This document shows positions 12,141 through 23,185 of a stretch of 64,000 bases of DNA, in pieces (position 1 is the first letter of the stretch; each line of letters starts with the position of its first letter). The notes beneath the pieces were generated by a model. The model worked only from the letters and a program-made list of their open reading frames with translations, was not told where the DNA came from and searched no databases. The position numbers and the translations under genes were made by a program. This DNA is from Pristiophorus japonicus (Eukaryota). The stretch is taken from assembly GCF_044704955.1 (NCBI RefSeq), contig NC_091999.1, positions 9,982,001-10,046,000 on the forward strand. Direction: 5' to 3'.

Positions 12141-13135
12141 CAATGATTGATATCTTGAAGAGGATATTGATATGTTCAGCTGTCAATATTTTGAAATGAA
12201 AAAGGAACAGACTCGATGCAAACTATTCCAGAATTGGATTCGGTAGTTCTCAGCAATGTGCCAAAACTTTTAACAACCAGTCAGACAATTTCTGAGGATT
12301 ATATGACAAGCTGCACCCTCTCATTCCTGAGTCACAGGTTGTGTCATTGTCATATCTTGCTTCGCTTTCTGGACACAATCAGACCAACAGCGTTCCCTCG
12401 GTGTGATCTACTTGCTGTCTTCTTTAACTGATGAGTATTGGTCCCTGATCGGATAAAAACATAAATTTCACATTGATTTGGGCAGAAAATCGTCCACTGT
12501 TTTCAGATGGAATGGTGTCTCAATTGCCTAAACAGGTGCAGTCTAGAATGTAGGGGAAGTAAAGCGAAACAGTTAGATGTATCAGTAGAGGCTCCCAGTA
12601 CAGGAGCTGCTCACTGACCATTAGATCTGCCCACTGCTGATGTAAAGGTTATTATAGACAGCCAGCGGGTCCTGGGGCATTTGAACACAAAGATACGGTA
12701 AATTATACAAACGCCACCTGTTATATGAATGAAATTGGGAATGAATGACAAGTTTCAGCAGAATGCGAGAATGCAAGCAACGGTTCGATAAGTGAACAAC
12801 TCGAGTCTCTTCGCCGAAAGCGAGCTGAAGGTAAGCATCGACATTGGAAGGAGCACGTGGCAACCCAAGCACACCGACCTCCCGTTCCTCCAACCACCGT
12901 CTGCTCCACCTGTGACAGAGACTGTTGGTCCCGCATTGGTCTCTTCAGTCACCTGAGAACTCATTTTTAGCGCAGAAGCAAGTCATCCTTGACTCCGAGG
13001 GATTGCAAAGAGACAAAGAAGATTCGAGGATTTCAGCCGCTGTTCCTTGTTTGACAGTGCAGCCGGGCAGACATCTGTATTTCTGCTCTGACAGAGGTGT
13101 TCACGCACTGTAGAGTTAAAGACTGAGTGAGTATC

Positions 13136-13445
13136 ATGTGGAATCGTCTCGCACCGCTCCTCATCAGGATATCACATCCCAGTAAATATCACCTTCGCAG
13201 CAAAAATCCATTCTCCCCGTCACTGCTGTAACCCAGGTGTTACTATTGTTCAATTGATGGTGGTAATGCTGCTGGATCAAATACATTTTCTCTTTTCTAT
13301 AATTTGCAACATGCTTAGGATCTGAATTGTAAAAACTCGACACATTGTCCTTTTGCTCTTTGAACATCTATTTTCAGACCAGAATCACGGAGATTCTGTC
13401 ACCCAGACGCTGCCTTCAAGAGTGAAGACAGAAGGAGAAGGGAAG
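13136..13445 (+). pseudogene. Chimeric V relic: family-D leader (13136-13181) plus FR1 stub of another family (13378-~13440)
   Basis: MWNRLAPLLIRISHP|GTAAAT; TTTTCAG|..QNHGDSVTQTLPSRVKTEGE then abrupt end; no RSS. Confidence 0.75.
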
Positions 13446-13574
13446 AATTGCTGTTGGTTTTGTTTTCTCTCCCTTTTAAGAATTTCCCTGTGAATCTGAC
13501 TGTGGAGAATTATTGTTTCTGATTATCGGTGTGAGAGCGCCCTCTGGAGCGCAGCAACTGGAACTCTCAGTGTG

Positions 13575-13614
13575 GGTTTTTGTACGGGATCCACTATAAC
13601 TCTGTAGCAGTGTG
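13575..13614 (-). other. RSS with 24-bp spacer
   Basis: CACACTG-24-ACAAAAACC. Confidence 0.88.
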
Positions 13615-14117
13615 AGGCTCATGGCACAGAAATACACGGCGGTGTCAGAGGTCAGGGCTTTGCCAATCGTTAGCTCAGTAATCTTGGCAATTTTATTAAA
13701 CGTAGAAGAGAATCGATCAGCGAAGGCAGGGTTCAGGTCTACATTCACTCCGATAAAACGAAGCACGTACTGTGGAGGCTTCCCGAGGTGCTGTATGTAC
13801 CAGAACACATAAGGGTTAGTATCGCTGGTTTTCAAGGTGCAGGTGAGTGTGACATTACTTTCCTCCTCAACCATCATTTCAGGGACTGGCTGTTCCACGT
13901 TGTCTTGTTGGCTCCATTCTAAGAGAAAATAATAGAATGAATCATCCTAATCATCATCACTGTCATCTCAATCAACATAATCTTTATCATCAATATCATT
14001 TTACCAATAATAACACTTGAGTTACATCAGTCAGGGGGAGAAATGATTTTGAATAGACAGGAAGTACGTACTTAGAAGTAATATAACAATGAGCAGCAGT
14101 GCAAGACGGTTCTGCAT
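13615..14117 (-). CDS. TCR alpha/delta V segment, family D, apparently intact (leader 14072-14117, V exon 13615-13918)
   Basis: MQNRLALLLIVILLL|GTACGT...TAG|WSQQDNVEQP...LTCTL...VFWYIQ...DTAVYFCAMSL. Confidence 0.95.
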
Positions 14118-14221
14118 GATGCGCCCTGGTTGTGTAACTGTGCAGTCTGGTAAATCCTCTGTGAGAGCAGAATTACAGATCCCCGCGCCACTGCACTGTT
14201 GATCCCACCAATGCCAACAGG

Positions 14222-14396
14222 GAGCAGCGGCAGCAATCTCTCCATTAACACAGAGCTGGCAAGGCGGGTCTGAGCGAGAGTGGCAAACGGAAGCTGTGGG
14301 CGGGGCTGCTGTGGGCAGTATTACTGCAAAATTTGTCTCTCGAATTTCCAGTTGATAACGGTGAGAAACGTGTAACCACGGCGCCCTCTGATGGTG
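14222..14396 (-). promoter_or_regulatory. Family-D upstream module (ETS-like, GC box) and CTCF-like motif
   Basis: CAAACGGAAGCTGTGGGCGGGGC block recurring before family-D leaders; CCATCAGAGGGCGCC on minus at 14380-14394. Confidence 0.6.
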
Positions 14397-14819
14397 ACTC
14401 TGCGGGCTTCACACAGTCAGGATAATGGGCAGAGTAAAGTGTGAGTTCAGCGATGGGGTGGTTTCCACCTGCCTATTATTTGGAGACATTGTATATTGTT
14501 TCAGACAATTCAACTGTGTAATTAGGCGGAAGAGAAATGTGAGTGAATGTAAAGGAAAGGACATTTTACTTTATTTCTGAACATGTTTATGGCTTTCTCT
14601 TACCTATTAGCGCTGTCGTTCTCTCGTTACTTATCACCTTCCTTCATTTCTCTTTCCCCCTCCTCTCATTTGCTGTCCTCTACACTCTCATTATTGCACG
14701 GCTTCGTCTCTTTGTCTTTCTCATTCTTTCTTTCATACTTTCACTTTCTTTTCCTCTACCTATGTTTACAACTCTTTTCATTTCTCAAATACTTTAAATC
14801 TTTCTCTTCTCCATATACC

Positions 14820-15202
14820 AATTGTTCTCTGATTCTATCAGCTGTTTCTGTGCTGCACATTCCAGGTAATTCTTCCATTTTTTTGGAAGTTGCACCGAGT
14901 TTGGCCCAGAGTTCTCCACCTGCCTGACCCTTCACAGTGGATGGAAATCCTGTCAGATTCCAGCGCGGCTTCAGCACGACCGACAACATCTGTTGTTCCA
15001 GTCGACTGGTGAGCACGGCCCCGAAATACATCCATTGTGGATCCAAAGCAGAACGCCACCAAATCCGGTTTAAGATCCACACCGATCGGGATCAAAGTCT
15101 GAGCACATTCGGCTTCGGCCAGGCAGAGTTTGTGGATACCGGAACCTATTGCTATGCTGCTGGCCACAGCGCGGGGAAAAGCCCCGCTCTCGTACAACTT
15201 CT
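14820..15202 (+). pseudogene. Highly decayed V relic
   Basis: Leader-like ..LILSAVSVLHIP-G|GTAATT, V-like ..APKYI..RFKI..DTGTYCYAAG, then CACAGCG(15165-15171)-22-ACAACTTCT. Confidence 0.6.
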
Positions 15203-15811
15203 CCTCTCTGAGCAAAGTGTGAATAGATTGGGTAACAGTCAAATCGGTTCCAAAAACGACCAGTTCAGTCAAAGGGCGGTGGTCAATCCGAAATTATATT
15301 ATTCAATATAAATTAAGATGAAATTCCTTTTGATTTCACGTTTCAGCTCATTAATGTTATACATTTTCTAACAGTTTTGTTCTCTTTCCCATCGCTTATT
15401 TCAGCCCCTAGTTTTATCCCATTTCACTGTTGCAGATTTCGGTAACTGTTGAACAATGTGTAATTTTGCAATTCCTGTCGCCAATCTGCATGACCCGAAT
15501 TTGTAATAAATGTGAAATTAATGCAGCTCTTATCGAGAGGAAGAGTTGTATAATTTGTGAAGGGGACGTTATTCTGAATTATGTTCTCACAGATGGATCC
15601 TATGTATGACAACACTGCCCATGACAGCCACGCCCACAGCTTCCATTTGCTGCTGTCGGCCGCACCTTGCCTGCCCTGCATAATTGGAGAGATCGCTGCC
15701 GCTGTTCCCTGCTTCACATTGTTAGAGCAGCAGTGCAGTGGAGCAGTGATCCCTATTGCTGCTCCGACAGAGGATTTCCAGCACTGCAGAGGTACAGACT
15801 CAGGGAGCATC

Positions 15812-16270
15812 ATGTGGAACCGTCTCGCACCGCTCCTCATCATTATATCAGTTCTCAGTAAGTATTTCCTTCGGAAAAATAATAACTCTGCACCTGGTGT
15901 TATTATTGGTAAAGTGATAATGAAGATGATAATGCGATGATGACAATTAGTATTATTTTATTTCAGAATGGAGCCAACAAGACACAGTGGAACAGTCGGT
16001 TCTCGAAATGATGGTGGAAGAGGAAAGGAATGTGACACTAAACTGCACCTTGAAAACCAGCGATCTTAGCCCTTATGTCTTCTGGTACAGTCAGCACCCT
16101 GGGCAGCCCTCACAGTACGTGTTTTACCTTTTTGGAGCGACAGTCATCCGAAACCCCGACTTCACTGACCGATTCTCTTCTGCGTTTCATAAAACGACCC
16201 AGATTACCGAATTAACGATCAGCAACGCCTTGATCTCAGACACCGCCGTGTATTTCTGTGCCATGAGTCC
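15812..16270 (+). CDS. TCR alpha/delta V segment, family D, open frame (leader 15812-15857, V exon 15967-16270)
   Basis: MWNRLAPLLIIISVL|GTAAGT...CAG|WSQQDTVEQS...LNCTL...VFWYSQ...DTAVYFCAMS. Confidence 0.95.
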
Positions 16271-16310
16271 CACACTGGTGCAGAGATATAGCGGATCCGG
16301 TAAAAAAACC
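16271..16310 (+). other. RSS with 24-bp spacer
   Basis: CACACTG-24-AAAAAAACC. Confidence 0.85.
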
Positions 16311-16644
16311 CCACACTGGGAGTTCCATTAGGTGCTCACCAGAGGGCGCGCTCACACTGATAAACAGACGCGATAATTAACCCTCACAGTGAGATTCACA
16401 GGGGCTTTCTTAAAAGTCAAATAAAACACAATGCTTAATAAGAACCGGTGACGTTCACCAGTGGAATTATATTAGCTGGTGATTTTAAAGCACACTGCGT
16501 GAAGGCATCCGTGGCAAATTTTCTTTCAATGTCCTTTCCTTGCATGCCTGTCCCATCTCACCTCTTGTCTCGAGTCTTTATCCATAATTATTTGATATCT
16601 CGTCTTCCTTTTTTTAGTTTAACGACGTAAAACCTTTGCTTCAG

Positions 16645-16985
16645 CTCATCTCTCTGTTTCTCTCGCTGTGATTCTTTCTCTGTCACTCTATTTCACGGTC
16701 TAACTTTTTCACTCTTTCTGTGTCTCTCGTCTCCATCTGATTCTCACTGTACGTATTTCATTGGCTCCGTGTCTGTGTCTGCCTATCTCCCTCTCTGTCT
16801 CTCTCTCTGTCTCTCACAATGTCCCTTTTTCTGTATCTCTCTCGCTCCCTCTCACTGTTCTTCACTCTGTCTCTCTCGCTGTCTCAATCTCACATTGCTT
16901 AACTCTCTTAATATCTCTCACTCTGTTCCCCTTTGTTGATTTCAACCTGTTTCTCTATCTATTTCTCTCCATCTGTCTCTCCCCA
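16645..16985. repeat. CT-rich low-complexity tract
   Basis: Degenerate (CT)n/(CTGT)n. Confidence 0.8.
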
Positions 16986-17084
16986 AATATCTCGTTTACA
17001 TTACATTAGGAACTGCCTGAGCTATTACTGCACTACCCCAACTCTCTGTTAATATTACTGTTGGCACTGTCATATCGATTGGTA

Positions 17085-17535
17085 ATAGTGTGCTGGTTCT
17101 GCTACTCAACAAATAATCGCAAGGTGTGAGTTAATAATCTAGAGTGCACTTGTTCAACTTCTACTATGGTAGTTTAGAAATTTGTATTCAGATGTTTTAC
17201 AAATAAATAAGAAGCAGTTATCAGTAAAAGTGACCGTGAAACTCGGATTGTGGTAAAACCGCAACAACATTACTAACGTCCTTAATTGGGAAAGAAAACG
17301 GCTACCTTTTCTGGCTCTGACCCTTATGGGGCTCCGATGTCATAGACAACGTGGTCGTCTCTTGAATGTTCATTGAAGTGGCCCAGTAACCCAATCAATT
17401 GTATCAAACGAGTGCAAAGAGCAGAAATGCAGTAGTCCAAGAAATAGAACCACGATCAAGTTATCAAGGGGGATCTGGGGAATGGGCAATAAATCCTGGA
17501 CTCCTCAGCGACCTCATGAGAATGAATAAGAAAGG
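17085..17535 (+). mobile_element. Shark SINE-like element, decayed
   Basis: Blocks AGTAAAAGTGACCGTGAAAC..GGATTGT..TAAAAC and 3' ATGGGCAATAAAT.CTGG; related 3' ends at ~30860-30955 (-) and ~53800-53900 (+). Confidence 0.55.
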
Positions 17536-17538
17536 GAA

Positions 17539-20402
17539 ACATAAGAACATAAGAAAATAAGAAATAGGAGCAGGAGTAGGACTTTTGGCTTCTCATGCCT
17601 CCTCCGCCATTCATCAAGATCATGCCTGATCTGATCCTGGCCTCAACCGCCCTTCCCCGCCAGATCCCCATAACCCTTGACTCCCTTATCATTCAAAAAT
17701 CTGTATATCTCCACCTTAAATAAATCCAATGAGTCAGACTTCACAGCTCTCTGTGGTAGAGATTCCCAAAGATTCACGACCCTCTGAGAGAAGAAATTCC
17801 TCCTCATTTTCGATTTAACTAGCAGAGTGGACCAAGGAGAACCAGTGGATGTGGTGTATTTGGACTTTCAAAAGGCTTTTGACAAGGTCCCACACAAGAT
17901 ATTAGTGTGCAAAATTAAAGCACATGGTATGGGGGTAATGTATTGACATTGATGGAGAACTGGTTGGCAGACAGGAAGCAAAGAGTAGCAATAAACGAGT
18001 CCTTTTCAGAATGGCAGGCAGTGACTAATGGGATACTGCATGGTTCAGTGCTGGGACCCCAGCTATTCACAACATACATTAATGATTTAGAGGAAGGAAT
18101 TGAAGATAATATCTCCAAGTTTGCAGAATACACTAAGCTGGGTGGCAGCGTGAGCTCTGAGGAGGATGCTAAAAAGCTTCAGGTTGAATTGGACAGGTTA
18201 GGTGAGTGGGAAAATGCATGGCAGATGTTGGATAATGTGAATAAATGTGAGGTTATCCACTTTGGTGGCAAAAACAGGAAGGCAGAATATTATCTGAATG
18301 GTGACAGATTTGGAAAAGGGGAGGTGCAACGAGACTTGGGTGTCATGGTACATCAGTCATTGAAAGTTGACATGCGGGTACAACAGGCAGTGAAGAAGAC
18401 AAATGGCATGTTGGCCTTCATAGCGAGAGGTTTTAAGTATAGGAGCAGGGAGGTCTTACTTTAGTTATACGGGGCCTTGGTGAGGCCACACCTTGAATAT
18501 TGTGTAATATTTTGGTCTCCTAATTTGAGGAAGTACATTCTTGCTATTGAGAGAGTGCAGCGAAGGTTCATCAGACTAATTCTCAGGATGGCAGGACTGA
18601 CATATGAAGAAAGACTGCATCGGCGAGGCTAATATTCACTGGAATTTAGAAGAATGAGAGGGGATCTCATAGAAACATGTAAAATTCTGACGGGATTGGA
18701 CAGGTTAGATGCAGGAAGAATGTTCCTGATGTTGGGGAAGTCCAGAACAAGGGATTAAAGTCTATGGATAAGGGTTAAACCATTTAAGTCCGAGATGAGG
18801 AGAAACGTCTTCACTCAGAGAATGGTGAACCTGTGGAATTCTCTACCACAGAATGTTGTTGAGGCCAATACGAAAGATATATTGAGAAGGGAGTTAGACG
18901 TGGCCCTTATGGCTAAAAGGATCAAAGGGTATGGAGAGAAAGCAGGAATGGCGTAGTAAAGTTGCATGATCAGCCATGATCATATTGAATGGTGTCGCTG
19001 GCTCAAAGGGCAGAATGGCCAAATCCTGTAACTATTTTCTCTGTTTTTATGTTTCTATATTTATATGGGCGACCACTTATTCTGAACCTATGCCCCGAGT
19101 TCTAGATTCCCTCCCAATGGAAAAATCCGCTCTGCATGTACCGTGTTAAGCCCCCTCAGAATCGTATACGTTTCAAAGGACCACTTCTAAATCTTCGAAA
19201 CTCCAATGAGTATATGCCCAACATGCTCAAATTTCCTTCATAAGACAACTCCTTCATCTCAGGAATCAATTTCATGAAATATCTCTGAACTGCCTTCAAT
19301 ACAAGTATATCCTTCGTTAAAAATGGTGACCAAACTGTACACAGTGCTCCAAGTGTGGTCTCACCAATAATCTGTACAGTTGTAGCAGCACATCTCTGCT
19401 TTTATATACTATCCCCCTTACAATAAAGGCCAACATTCCATTTGCCTTCATAATTACTTGCTGTCCCTTTATGCTAGCGTTTTTGAGTTTCCTGTAGAAA
19501 GACCCCCAGAACCCTCTGTACCACAGCATTTTGTAATTTCTTCAAATTATGATAATAATTAACTTTTTATTTTTGCTACCAAAGTCGATAACCTCACATT
19601 TTCGCAAAATATACTCAATTTTTAAAATTGTTGCCTACTTAATTAGCCTATCTAAGCTCCTTTGTAGATTATTTGCTTTCTCCACACAACTTGCTTTCTA
19701 ACTTGTTTTTGTATCATTAGCAAATTTGGTTACATGACACTCGGTCCCTTCATCCAAGTAATTAATACAAATTGAAAATAGTTGAGGCACCAGCAATGAT
19801 CCCGTTGGCACCCCACTAGTTACTGTTTGCCAACCTGAAAATGACCAATATTTCTCGATTCTCGACTTACTATTAGTTATCCAATCCATTATGAACGCTA
19901 AAATATTACCCCCAGCCCCGTGAGCTCTTATCTTGTGCAATAATCTTTTATGCAGCACCTTATCGAATGCTTTCTGGAAATCCAAATACACAATATCTAC
20001 TGGTTCCGCTATATCCACCCTGCTCATTACTTCCTCAAAGAACTGGGGCAAATTTGTCAAACATGATTTCCTTTTCATGAAGCCAACTGTCTCTGCTTGA
20101 CTACATTCTGATTTTCTAAATGACCTGCTACTTCTTCCTCAATGATGGACCGCGGTATTTTCTCAATGACAGATATTAGGCTAACTGGGATATAGTTTCT
20201 TGCTTTTTGTCTCTCTCCTTTCTTCAATAGGGGCATCACATTTGCGGTTTTCCAGTCCACGGGGGCCTCGCCAGAATCCAGGGAATCTTGGTAGATTACA
20301 AACATTGGATCCACTATCTCTGCAGCCACCTTCTTTAAGACCATAGGATGCAGGCCATCAGGGTAAAGGGCACGTATCCACATTTAGTCCCATTAGTTTG
20401 CT
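17539..20402 (-). mobile_element. CR1-type LINE (minus) split by a nested LINE; parts 17539-17818 and 19063-20402
   Basis: (ACATAAGA)n tail at 17539; RT ORFs 19317-20383; sequence resumes in register (..CGATTTAA / ATGGGCGACC..) across the insert. Confidence 0.88.
17819..19062 (+). mobile_element. CR1-type LINE 3' part nested in older LINE
   Basis: RT ORF 17943-18464; TTCTATGT-like tail at ~19040-19060. Confidence 0.92.
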
Positions 20403-21874
20403 GTAAGAGGCAATGGCATTTATTTCTGTTTGCTGCCAGAGATTAGCAGTAGATTTTTAGAATGATGGAAAGGCTTGAGTGGATGAACTACGTACTGCTA
20501 TATACATACTGTTTCATTATGTTGGGATACAGAAATAAATAAAAACTAATATTGTCGCCATTTTCAAAACTACATTATATAATAACATGTTCTCCTTTAG
20601 GATAACTGATCCTACTTCACAATGTCGATTAATAGGCATTATGAGGATTTGGTGTTAAACAACCAAATGATTGAAGGAATACTTAAAGAGTAAAATTTCA
20701 CTTTCTTCCCATTCTTATTCAAAGTCCCATCAACTCTCCGCAAGTATCAAAACTAACAGAAACAACTCGGGCTGTGCTAGGCCCTTTAAGAGCGGATATC
20801 CCATTGTCACAGCCCAGAGTCAGGGGTCACAGACCGCACCAAATGGGGCTCGTGTGCTCTGCAGGAAACGGCCCGTGACCCCAGACCCTGAATCAATGGG
20901 AGAAACAGCCAATCATGGCGCTATAACGTGGAAAAGGATTGTGGCGTCATCCACTGCCGGGCAGACCGCAGGCAGCATTGTGTGACGTACAGTCCGCCAT
21001 GATCGTGTGACGTAACATGTTGTGAATGGCTTCCGTTCAATTGCATAAAATGGCTCGATTCAAACAAATAGTTACGTCAATTTACACGAAAATAACTTCG
21101 GTATCTCAATCGATAAAAGAGAGAAATATACAGTTGTCGCTAGAAAGGTTGGTGAGCTGCGTATGTGTGAACATTTCTCCAAGAGTACAGCGGGACCCGC
21201 AGCAGCTTTTGTCTACCGATGTGAATTGTGGGAGCCACAGCCCTCCATGACCCGGACATCAACCAAGCGAATCCGGCAAAAGAAACATTTTTGTCGTAAG
21301 AAAAGCAATTCTTTACACAGAAGCAGCTGATACTGTGGAATAACTGCACAAGCTATTTTAATAGGTAAATTGGATATGAGTCTCTAAAGAGTATTTTAAA
21401 GGGTGTGAGGAGCGAGAAAGGAATTGCAGACTTAATGGACTTAATTACTCCCTGAAACTTACTGAGCCCGGTGTCAGTGGGAACAGGACAGCCAAATAAG
21501 TTGAGATTAGCGTGGAGGGCGGCCCCGGATAGCGGGTGTCGGGGAAGAGGTATTGGAGCAGAGACATAATTTAATCATCATCTGCACCTATTCCCAAACA
21601 ATTCCTTCTACCTCCTTCATAAGAGTCGTTAATTCTTCCTTAACTTCAACAACTGTCCTATTAAACCACAGGACACATCATGCCTGAACTCCCGGAGTTT
21701 CGAGGAAAAGGAGTGCCGCACCAGCAAAAAAGCTGTACGGTACTCAGATCTGATTAGAAACATCTGGAGATGTCCCCCTCGCCAGGAGGCGCCTAAGGAA
21801 TCTGATGAGGTGGGAAAGGACACGCAGTGAAACTTCAGGGAAACAGGGAGCGAAAGTCTGAGGGACAATGGTGG

Positions 21875-23040
21875 GAAAACAGAGACGGCATCTAGTGTAA
21901 CACAGAGACTGTGTCCAGTGCATTAATAACTGAGACTGGGCCTAGTGCAATACAAACAAAGACAGGGTGTAGTGTAATATAAACAGAGACAGGATCTAAT
22001 GTAATTTCAACAGAGACAGCGTCTAGTGTAATACAAACAGAAACAGGGTCTAGTGTAATATAAACAGAGACAGGGTCTAGTATAATTTAAACAGAGACAG
22101 GGTCGAGTGCATTAATAACTGAGAATGGGTCTTGTCCAACACAAAAAAGACAGGGTCTAGTGTAATATAAACAGAGACAGTGTCTAGTGTAATGTAAACA
22201 GAGACAGTGTCTAGTACACGACATCAGAGACAGGGTCTAGTGTAATATAAACAGAGACAGCATCTAGTATAATACAAACAGAAACAGGGTCTAATGTAAT
22301 AAAAACAGAGACAGGGTCTAGCATAATATAAACAGAGACAGAGTCTAGTGCATTAATAACTGAGACTGGGTCTGGTGCAATACAAACAAAGACAGGGTCT
22401 AGTGAAATATAAACAGAGACAGGGTCTAGTATAATATAAACAGAGACAGGGTCGATTGCATTAATAACTGAGAATAGGTCTTGTCCAACACAAACAAAGA
22501 CAGGGTCTAGTGTAATATAAACAGAGACAGTGTCTAGTGTAATGTAAACAGAGACAGTGTCTAGTACACTACATCAGAGACAGGGTCTAGTGTAATATAA
22601 ACAGAGACAGCATCTAGTATAATACAAACAGAAACAGGGTCTAATGTAATATAAACAGAGACAGGGTCTAGTATAATATAAACAGAGACAGGGTCTAGTG
22701 CATTAATAACTGAGACTGGGTCTGGTGCAATACAAACAAAGACAGGGTCTAGTGAAATATAAACAGAGACAGGGTCTAGTGTAATACAAACAGAGACCGA
22801 ATCTAGTGTAATATAAACAGAGACAGAGTCTAGTGTAATATAAACAGAGACACGGTCTAGTGTAATATAAACAGAGACACGGTCTAGTGTAATATAAACA
22901 GAGTTAGGGTCTGGTGCAGCAATAACTGAGGACGGCCTTGTGCAACATAAACAGAGACGCGGTTTCGTGTAATATAAACAGTGACAGGGCTTGGCGTAAT
23001 GTAAACAGAGGCACGGTCGAATGCAGTAATAACTGAATAG
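21875..23040. repeat. 27-bp minisatellite with ~350-bp higher-order period
   Basis: Unit AAACAGAGACAGGGTCTAGTGTAATAT; variant units recur at 22221/22571 and 22351/22701. Confidence 0.95.
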
Positions 23041-23106
23041 GACCTTTTTTAACATGGCAAGATGGTGCGAATAAATATCCTGATCTCGATGATTGAGAGG
23101 AATTAA

Positions 23107-23185
23107 AGTTATTGTACAGGATGTATCAACATTTGCCTCAGTGTGCATCTTCACACAGTAATACAGCCCGGAATCCGAATATATT
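23107..23185 (-). pseudogene. V 3'-end relic with intact 23-RSS
   Basis: SDSGLYYCVKM then CACACTG(23139-23145)-23-ACAATAACT(23107-23115); rest of V absent. Confidence 0.8.

Noticed and set aside
11637-12199. ORFs spanning X runs
   Set aside because: Artefacts of the assembly gap and CA-rich repeat.
14543-14927. Hydrophobic ORFs resembling membrane proteins
   Set aside because: Arise from CT-rich low-complexity sequence.
15105-15125. FGFG as a J-segment FGxG motif
   Set aside because: Lies inside FR3 of a V relic, with no 5' 12-RSS and no downstream splice donor.
21875-23040. CRISPR-like array
   Set aside because: Head-to-tail tandem units with no unique spacers, eukaryotic context.
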